DNA of 64,000 bases from Rhizaria sp. SCN 62-66. Lineage: Eukaryota. The position numbers were made by a program, and so were the translations under genes. The stretch's first letter is position 1. Each line of letters opens with the position of its first letter. The notes beneath the pieces are model-generated. The model had not been told where the DNA came from, did no database searches, and saw nothing but the letters and a program-made list of their open reading frames with translations. The DNA is taken from contig MEDY01000031.1 in assembly GCA_001724265.1 (NCBI GenBank), positions 1-64,000 of the forward strand, given 5' to 3'. Positions 56,695 through 64,000 of the stretch are shown here, one piece after another.

Positions 56695-59600
56695 ATGCAG
56701 CAACGACTTGTCGTGTTCACCTTCCGGTGCTTCCCGTACGACGATGACCCGAAGGGATCTCATCCGCAGCACATGGAGCGCGAGTTTGGCGACAAACTCA
56801 CCCTGCCCCACGCCGCCTTCATGAAGCTCACTGCCGCGGGCGCGATCTACCCGCTCGTGATGCGCGTTGCGCGCGCGAGGCCGCGGTACCTGGAGACGGA
56901 CGACGTGTCGGACACGGATTCGGAGCTGGAGCTAGCGCTGGCTGGCGGTAGCAGTAACGAGGCTGATGACGCCGATGTGGGCTACCTCGGCGGCGACGAC
57001 GACGACTGGGACGAGGACGGCGCAGAGCCCGACTGCTTCGACGACATTACGCGCAGCGGGCCCTTTGATCCCGCTGCGCCACCCGCGCCGAAGCCGGGCG
57101 CCGCGATGCGCTGCGTGCACGGCGGGCTGAGCGACTTGTCTTCCTTTGAGCCCGTGCCGCCGCGCGTGCTCCACTGCGGCATTCACGACTTCACCGCGCC
57201 GCCTGACACGGTATACATCCCGCGCTGGGCCATGCGGCTGCTGCGCGTGCGGCCTGGCCGCCGCGTGCGCCTGCGCCCGCTCTACGCCGCCGTCCCCAAG
57301 GCGTCGACGGCGCTGCTGCGGCCCGCGACCGTGGCCGCCGCCGTCGTCGCCGCGGCCGTCGAGCGCGTCGAGTCCGCCGCCGTCGAGGCCTTTGAGGCCG
57401 CACTCAAGCGGTACTCGTGTCTGACCGAAGGGCAGCGCGTGGTGCTGCCCGCAGCGCCGTTCTTCTTCCTGCTCGACGCGTTGCCCCCGTCGCTGCCGGC
57501 GGTGGAGCGCGCGCTCGCCTTCACCGTCGTGCACGCGGATCCGTGTCCAGGGCCCTGCTCGCTGCTGGGCTCGGTTGACCTGGCCGCAGATTTCACCCCC
57601 GCCCCGCCGCACGTCGCAGAGCAGCTCGCCGCGGTCACGAAGCCCACGTCCACGTCCACATTTACTGCCACTGCCACTGCGAAGCCCGCCGCGACTTCGA
57701 CTGTAGCTGCGAAGCCCAGCGCGTTTGCAGCTGCGGCGGCTGCTAAATCACATTCCGCGGCAGCACAGTCCGCTGCACTCATGCAGGACGCGCCACTTAC
57801 GCTTGCTGAGTACGCACCTTTGGCGCCCTTTGCTGTGGCACATCAGGTCACTGAGGCCACCGCGGCGACAGTGGCGCCGCTGGACTGGGAGGTCGCGCTG
57901 CGTCGTCTGCGGCCCGCGGCGGCACCGCGTGCGCGCTACGTGCTGCTGCCTGAGGGCGCCGCATCAGGCCCCGTTGAGTCTGGCGCGTCGCCGCCGCCGC
58001 CGCCACACGGGGGCTCGAACCGCGTGACTGCGGGGGCGAACCATGCGACCGTGAACCGTGTGATTGCGGGCGTGTCGCGCGACGGCCCCGCGCCGTGCGC
58101 GCTGCTGCCCGAGGACGCCGCAGGGCAGCCCCCGCGTGCGCCCGCCGCCGAGGCCGTAACCGAGGCTGTCTGGCGCATCGGCATGTCAGCCGTCTCTGGG
58201 CCAAGCGTCGGCGTTGGTGCAAGCGCAGGCAGTGCTGTGGGCGCCGGCAAGGTCGCGGGCGCTGCGGGCGCAATGTGCGGCAAATGTGCTGAGTTTGTTC
58301 CCGCCGCCAACGCGGCCCTGCACAAGCTGCGCTGCACTGCTGCTCCACGGCCCGCCTCCGCCACTGCCCACGCGCTCGCGCCCGCGCCCGCGCCCGCACG
58401 GGGCCCGTCTTCCTCAGCTACGTCTGCCGCCGCGACACACGGCGCGGTGTTGACTACGACTGTGAGCGTTACTGCGGGCGCGAGCGCGCAGTTGTACGTG
58501 CCGACGGGGCTGCCCGCGGCGGGCTCGGTGGCGAGCGCACGCGACTGGTCGGCAGCGCTGGCGCGCGCCGTGCCGCCCGCGCTGCGGTGGGTGGTGCTCG
58601 CGCGCGGCTGCGTCGAAGTCCCCGCCAGCGACGCCGCGCTGGCCACCACGCATTTCGCCTCAACAACGGGTGCGGCTGCGAGGGCGACTGCGAGTGCGAG
58701 TGCGGGGCACGCGCTGGGCGGCGCGGAGAGCGTGTCGGTGATCAAGTCGTCTGCGGTTGCGCGCCAGAGCTCAGCTGCGCCGGCCTCTGTTGTTCCTGCT
58801 GCAACCACGACCACTACGCCTGCGAATGCTACAGTTTCTATGGCCACGAAGCCTGTTGCTGCAGCCGTCCCCGCAGCAGTGCCTACCGCGTTGAAGGCAG
58901 GGTCGAGATCGGTGTCTTTCAAGCTTACAAAATCGGATCCTGTCCCAAAGCACTTGGCAACTCCGGAAGATGCCGATGCACCTGTCGCCGCACAGCGCGC
59001 ATCCGTTGCGTCACAGTCAGATGCCTTGGTTTCTCGCCCATTCACAGGCCCCGACGCTGCCCCACCTACGCCGTCTTCACAGTCTCTGAGCGGGCGACCT
59101 GGGCCAGCCGGCACGCCGGTCGCCGCGTCTCAGACAGTGGCTTCAGTAGCGCGTCCCCCGGCGAGCAAGGTTGGTCCAGATTTCGCTTTGCTGGTATCGA
59201 CGGAGAAGTCAGGCCAAACGATGTCGCTGCGGATGCAGCCACCCACATCTGCGTCCACGCCAGCCCCCGCGCCCGTACACGGCGCGGCCGCGTTGGCATC
59301 AGCTCCCGCGTTCGCTCCCGCGGCGTCCACTGTGCGATACCCGACTGTCTCGCGCCCCGTGCCACAGCGCCGCGACGTGGACTCGGCGCTCGTTGCCGCG
59401 CTGCCGCTGGCCGTCCAGCGCGGTGCGATCCGCAACCCCACCAGCACCACCGCACACGCACACGCGCACGCGCCCGGTGTCCACGTGCCGACTGCCGCTG
59501 GGTCTGTTGCACCAGGCCGCGACTCGCAGGGACACGGCCTCAGCGCGGCAGCGCTCGGAGGAGGCGGCCGCACCGCGGCTGCGCGATTCGCCCCCGTGGC

Positions 59601-59853
59601 GCCCGCACTCGGGCCTACACCTGCCATCAGTGGTGCTGACATGCATAATATTGCGGCGAATACACCGGCGAGCAACCTACGTCCGCGGCCCCCAGTCGTG
59701 CCCCGGCCCCCGTCGGCCACGCGGCCTGTCGACGTTGGTGCCGTTGCTGTCGCCGGCTCGGGACCCTTTGGCGCGGGCGGTGCTGGCGCATCGCCTGCGC
59801 GACGCGTCGTTGCAGTGTCGAGGGGAGGTGTTGCCGGCCACGCCAAACCGTGA
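56695..59853 (+). CDS. UFD1-domain protein with a C2HC zinc-finger-like motif and long low-complexity tail (1052 aa)
   Basis: UFD1 motifs EFGDKLTLP, YPLVMRV, HCGIHDFTAPPDTVYIPRW, VPKAS..LRP, EAALKRYSCLTEG; later CGKC-x11-H-x3-C. Stop TGA. Confidence 0.85.
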   Translation: MQQRLVVFTFRCFPYDDDPKGSHPQHMEREFGDKLTLPHAAFMKLTAAGAIYPLVMRVARARPRYLETDDVSDTDSELELALAGGSSNEADDADVGYLGGDDDDWDEDGAEPDCFDDITRSGPFDPAAPPAPKPGAAMRCVHGGLSDLSSFEPVPPRVLHCGIHDFTAPPDTVYIPRWAMRLLRVRPGRRVRLRPLYAAVPKASTALLRPATVAAAVVAAAVERVESAAVEAFEAALKRYSCLTEGQRVVLPAAPFFFLLDALPPSLPAVERALAFTVVHADPCPGPCSLLGSVDLAADFTPAPPHVAEQLAAVTKPTSTSTFTATATAKPAATSTVAAKPSAFAAAAAAKSHSAAAQSAALMQDAPLTLAEYAPLAPFAVAHQVTEATAATVAPLDWEVALRRLRPAAAPRARYVLLPEGAASGPVESGASPPPPPHGGSNRVTAGANHATVNRVIAGVSRDGPAPCALLPEDAAGQPPRAPAAEAVTEAVWRIGMSAVSGPSVGVGASAGSAVGAGKVAGAAGAMCGKCAEFVPAANAALHKLRCTAAPRPASATAHALAPAPAPARGPSSSATSAAATHGAVLTTTVSVTAGASAQLYVPTGLPAAGSVASARDWSAALARAVPPALRWVVLARGCVEVPASDAALATTHFASTTGAAARATASASAGHALGGAESVSVIKSSAVARQSSAAPASVVPAATTTTTPANATVSMATKPVAAAVPAAVPTALKAGSRSVSFKLTKSDPVPKHLATPEDADAPVAAQRASVASQSDALVSRPFTGPDAAPPTPSSQSLSGRPGPAGTPVAASQTVASVARPPASKVGPDFALLVSTEKSGQTMSLRMQPPTSASTPAPAPVHGAAALASAPAFAPAASTVRYPTVSRPVPQRRDVDSALVAALPLAVQRGAIRNPTSTTAHAHAHAPGVHVPTAAGSVAPGRDSQGHGLSAAALGGGGRTAAARFAPVAPALGPTPAISGADMHNIAANTPASNLRPRPPVVPRPPSATRPVDVGAVAVAGSGPFGAGGAGASPARRVVAVSRGGVAGHAKP

Positions 59854-60585
59854 TGTTTTATGTTAAGCTTACTTAGTTGATCCATGTTGTTAAATATACT
59901 TGCACACGATACATAGCTGATTTATGTTTATTCACATGAGTGTTATTCAAAATTAGATTACACCAATACAACAAAAACTCATTCTCTACGTGTTACATAT
60001 GCCTTGATACAGGGACAACATGCGAACACGAGAACGCCGTGTCAAGTTTCCTGCTTTTGAGTTCACGGAAGCAGAAGAGATGAGATAGGGCGCACTGGCA
60101 ACAATACATTGAAAGGTGAGCCATTCAAGGGAATAAAATAAAATCGAGAGACCGATATTAAAAAGGAGAATAGACAAAGAATAGGAACCGATGCACATAG
60201 TTAGTGTCACCGATTTCTCAACCACACCACAAAAAAATCGTTTTTGTTCGGCAATGAGGAAGAGTGTTCACGAAACAAATACAAAAGCATTACATATAAA
60301 ACCTCACAGACAGCGTCTATGGAGAGTACATACACATTGTCAGGGACAGACAAGAGAACAATTCGGGGCGCTTTGCGACCAACACAGGGGTAGTCAGTGA
60401 AAAAAGACAAAACAGGACAAGTAAAACACGTCATCGTTAAAAAACAAAGCACACAGAGAAATCGACCACGTTCTTCGACGTTCATACCGCCATTGCAACA
60501 ACGCATATGGTCGAAAAATGTCGTTTCGAGGGGACGAAGAATGAAAAATAAACTTGAAGGAGTCAATGTCATCCCACCGTCATGT

Positions 60586-63500
60586 TTAGCCGGTGGGAGA
60601 GAGCAAATGCGAGGGAAGCGTCAGTGCTCCATCGGGGGTAACTGTGAGCAGCGAGCGCTCAATTCGCGCAAGCGTGTCTTCAATAACGACTTCCATCTGC
60701 GCGTCTTCAGACACGGTGTGGCCACGAGCCAGAGCCTCGGGCCCACGTGAACGCTCTGCGCGCGCCAGCGGGAAGCGCAGACGCAGCGGGAGCCCGATGC
60801 CGCCGCGCGCAAAGAGCGAGGTCCATGACAGCAGGCGCGGCTGAGCAATGCGACCGCGCAGCGCTGCGGCAGCCTCCTGGAGTGCTGGCGGGATCGGCAC
60901 AGAGTCGGCGTCATTGCCGGTGTCGCCATCGCCGTGCGTGAGCGCGTTGATGACAGAATGCAACGTCTGCGCCTGGCCCAACGCGTGCGCAAAGGCGATG
61001 CCGTCAACGGCGGGGTCACACGCCACGATGCAGCTGCTATCGCACGCGGCCGCCAGCGGAGGCGACGCTGCTGCCACGGGTTGGCCGTTCACAGTGGGCG
61101 CGCCATTAATGCGCAGCGAAGCAGATGACTGCGCAGCGCCCGTTGCCGCCAGAAGCGAGTTCGCGCCACCAGAAGCAGCATTGGCAGCCGCAGACGCTCC
61201 GAGAGAGGCGCCCGGAATGCCACTAGCGGCGGCCCGCGGCGACGAGTGCGGCGACGGAATGCCTGTGGCGGAGAGGCGGCGGTGAACCGATGGCGAGGCA
61301 CATCGGGACACAACGTCGTTGGACGCAGGTGCGAGCAGCGCAGTTTGCGTTCCCGGCCCGCCGGGCGCGAGCACGTCTGCGAGCAGGTCTTCGAGCCAGC
61401 GCGCCGCCTTGGGGTCAGCCATCGGGTGGCCCAGCGAGGACAGCGCAGCAGTCGCAAAGGGGCTCGCAGTTGGGCCACCGTTGGAGGCACTAGCGCCATG
61501 GCCCGAGGAGCCTGCAGCGGCACCAAAGCTGGGCGGATAGTCCGAGTCGGCGCCCAAATACAGATCCTTGAGCGCAAGCACGTGGCCCGACGCCTCCGCA
61601 TCAGCCAGCACACACAGCGCGCGCAACGATACTCCGAGCATGCCGGCGATAAAAGGTGCCAGCAGGGTTAGAAGTGTGATATTGGCAGAAGCAACCAAGT
61701 CGCGGTCCGTCACAGACGCAGCCGACGCATCGCCAGTCGCACCCGCGGCCGCGGCAACGTCGTACACAGCGAACTTGAAGGAGTGCGCGTGTAGAGCGCC
61801 GCAAAGCAGCCGCAACAGAGACAGCAGGCGTGAGGGCTCCATGAGCGGCACCACGGGCGGCCAGCGCGAGCGCGGTGCGGCCATATTGGAGATGAGAGCA
61901 GGCGCGGGCGTCGTGGCGGGAGCGGGCGCTGTATTCGGGGCGGGCGTTGTGGAGGGCGCAGGGGCCGCCGTCGCCTGCGGGGCAGTCAAGAACTGTTCTT
62001 TCTGAGTAGCGTCGGACTTGCCGGATGCCTTGAGCGTGAAACCGGAGGGCGAGAGAGGCGCGCGCGACGGGCCCTGCGTGGGCGAGCTCACGGTCTGCAG
62101 CGGCGCCTGCGAAGCGGCACTCGCAACTGAAGGCGCCGCACCCGCGTCGAGTGAAAGCGCCTGCACGGTGGATACCGCGGGACTGGGCGACGTGAGCATG
62201 TGGCTGCGCGGCGAGAGACCGAGGCCGAGCGCGGCGCGGGGCGAGGTCAACGGCGCGGGCGTGCCGTCGATGCCTGGAGACGACGACTGCGGTGAGAAGG
62301 GACGCAACGGCACAGGGGACATCGCACGCGCCGGCGTGCCGGCCCGCGACAACGCAAGACCGGCCGCGCTGGACGCTGCAGGGGGCGCGAGGGTGGAGCC
62401 AGAGCCAGCGAGCGTCGCGGCGGCGGCAGCAATAGCTGCTTGCTGCTGCGAAGGGAACATGTCACGCGGTGCGGTGCTCCGGTTGGCGCGCGCGGAGAGC
62501 CCGCCGTTGGCGACGCTGGGGCGCGGCGACACGGCGCCCGTCAAGGCAGCGGCCTGCGTGATGGCCTCGCCCCAAAGCAGGTCAAGCGCGGAAAGAATAC
62601 CGCTAACGCCAGTGGCGGCCTCGAGGTCAGACATCGACGCCGCCTGCACCTGTGCAACATCGTCGCCGACGCTTGCGGCGCTTTGGCCGGCAGGGAGCGC
62701 AACGTTGGGCACGGCATGCGAGCGGTCAATGTCTTCGATCACCTGCGCGAACGACAGCGGCGACACGAACGATGCAAACACACCCGCAGGCGACGCGCTT
62801 GGGGCCGGGACAGGCGATGAGTTGCCGGTGGGCGCAACGGGCGAGGTGGGCGGCATTGCGTTGGACCCGAAGAGGCCCATCTTGCAGCGCGTCGCAGCCG
62901 CAGCGCCAGCATTGGCGCCGAACATCGGGACGTCCTTGCCCAGCGCAAATGCGCCGGCGTCGCGCAGCCACTCGGTGTATGTGTGCGCGGCGTACGCCTT
63001 GGTCTGCGGGTCTTTAGCCCACAGCACGAGAAGTGGCGAGTGCGGTAGCGGCGACCCTGCGGCAACGACGCCGTCAGCGCGCTGCGGCACCGTGGACACG
63101 ATGGTGCCGTATAAGATCGACGGCGCAGCAGCGACAGGCACGCGGCGTGAAGGCAACAGCTGCACGCCGGCCATTTCAGGCTGCGTGAAACCCAGCAGCC
63201 GCTCAGGACCGGCGGGGTCGGGGCCGGCGCTGGCATGCGCACGCGGAGCCGTGTGTCCAGGTGTAGTAATCTCCTTGCTCCACTGCAGTCCGCCTTCAAG
63301 CGCAGTCTCGGCGGACAGGATCGATGCGCAGATCGAGTTGGGTCGTTGTATCACCACGCGCAGACGCCGTGCGAGCGATAGGTAGCGCGCGGCGGGCGCG
63401 GCAGGCGCCGCTGCAGGAGCGGGTGCAGACGGCCCGACCGGCACGGCGCTCACTGCACCCGCGGCGCCAGTCCGCGCGGCGACGGGGGAGCGCACCTTAC

Positions 63501-64000
63501 TCTGCTCCGATGCCGCGGAGTCGCCCGTGGGCACCACGACAAGCGGCTCGAGCATAGCGGGCGTCATCACGGGTAGTCCGTTAGCGTCAAGTGCAGGCTC
63601 GGCAGCAGATGCACCAGCTGTGGCAGCAGTGGCGAATGAGCCAAACATGGCAACAGGCTTGGAGTGTGGGAACAGGTCGTCATCGCCGTCCGGACCCGTC
63701 AGCGGGCTCATGAGCGCCGCAGCGGCCGCGGCCTCGACGGCTGCGGTTGAGCTGCGTCCATCACCTGACGTGCGCGAAGGACGCGCGCTCGTGTCTGTGT
63801 TGCCGGTGGCGATCATTCGCGGCGAGCTGCCCAGAATACGCGCGACAGCATCGCCGTCATCCTCGGGCTCGGCGTCTGCGTCGTCCTCAAGCATCGATAC
63901 GAAGCGGCCCAGTGGGGGCGCTGTCGACGTCGAGGGGCGCGGGCCCGGAGAGCCCGGCTCGGCGTTTGACTCAGCGATCATCACCACGGGCGCGACCGCG
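60586..64000 (-). CDS. Hypothetical Ala/Pro/Ser-rich protein, 5' end probably outside window
   Basis: Frame is open from the window end to TAA at 60586 (>1130 codons) with GC-rich coding-type composition; no domain recognised. Confidence 0.7.
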   Translation of the reverse strand, partial: AVAPVVMIAESNAEPGSPGPRPSTSTAPPLGRFVSMLEDDADAEPEDDGDAVARILGSSPRMIATGNTDTSARPSRTSGDGRSSTAAVEAAAAAALMSPLTGPDGDDDLFPHSKPVAMFGSFATAATAGASAAEPALDANGLPVMTPAMLEPLVVVPTGDSAASEQSKVRSPVAARTGAAGAVSAVPVGPSAPAPAAAPAAPAARYLSLARRLRVVIQRPNSICASILSAETALEGGLQWSKEITTPGHTAPRAHASAGPDPAGPERLLGFTQPEMAGVQLLPSRRVPVAAAPSILYGTIVSTVPQRADGVVAAGSPLPHSPLLVLWAKDPQTKAYAAHTYTEWLRDAGAFALGKDVPMFGANAGAAAATRCKMGLFGSNAMPPTSPVAPTGNSSPVPAPSASPAGVFASFVSPLSFAQVIEDIDRSHAVPNVALPAGQSAASVGDDVAQVQAASMSDLEAATGVSGILSALDLLWGEAITQAAALTGAVSPRPSVANGGLSARANRSTAPRDMFPSQQQAAIAAAAATLAGSGSTLAPPAASSAAGLALSRAGTPARAMSPVPLRPFSPQSSSPGIDGTPAPLTSPRAALGLGLSPRSHMLTSPSPAVSTVQALSLDAGAAPSVASAASQAPLQTVSSPTQGPSRAPLSPSGFTLKASGKSDATQKEQFLTAPQATAAPAPSTTPAPNTAPAPATTPAPALISNMAAPRSRWPPVVPLMEPSRLLSLLRLLCGALHAHSFKFAVYDVAAAAGATGDASAASVTDRDLVASANITLLTLLAPFIAGMLGVSLRALCVLADAEASGHVLALKDLYLGADSDYPPSFGAAAGSSGHGASASNGGPTASPFATAALSSLGHPMADPKAARWLEDLLADVLAPGGPGTQTALLAPASNDVVSRCASPSVHRRLSATGIPSPHSSPRAAASGIPGASLGASAAANAASGGANSLLAATGAAQSSASLRINGAPTVNGQPVAAASPPLAAACDSSCIVACDPAVDGIAFAHALGQAQTLHSVINALTHGDGDTGNDADSVPIPPALQEAAAALRGRIAQPRLLSWTSLFARGGIGLPLRLRFPLARAERSRGPEALARGHTVSEDAQMEVVIEDTLARIERSLLTVTPDGALTLPSHLLSPTG

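Overview
Eukaryotic, protist-like nuclear DNA with very GC-rich, Ala-rich coding exons separated by AT-richer spacers and short GT-AG introns. I can support 13 protein-coding genes (two run off the window): a coiled-coil protein, a degenerate kinesin-motor/coiled-coil/AIDA-C2 protein, cytidine deaminase, a secreted protein, an actin-fragmin-kinase-domain protein, a giant double-PHD Ada3-like protein, a small hypothetical, an M1 aminopeptidase, a PPR-like protein, two tandem U-box-like paralogs, a UFD1-like protein and a partial hypothetical. Main observation: three isolated in-frame TAG codons (14032, 20020, 30283; minus strand) interrupt otherwise continuous reading frames. One lies inside the kinase domain and one between two Ada3-like motifs, while all 12 gene ends I could define use TAA (6) or TGA (6). 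This points to a variant nuclear genetic code in which UAG is a sense codon (Gln favoured by one context) and UAA/UGA remain stops. Domain calls come from motif recognition by eye, not database searches. No tRNA, rRNA, CRISPR or intact mobile element was seen.
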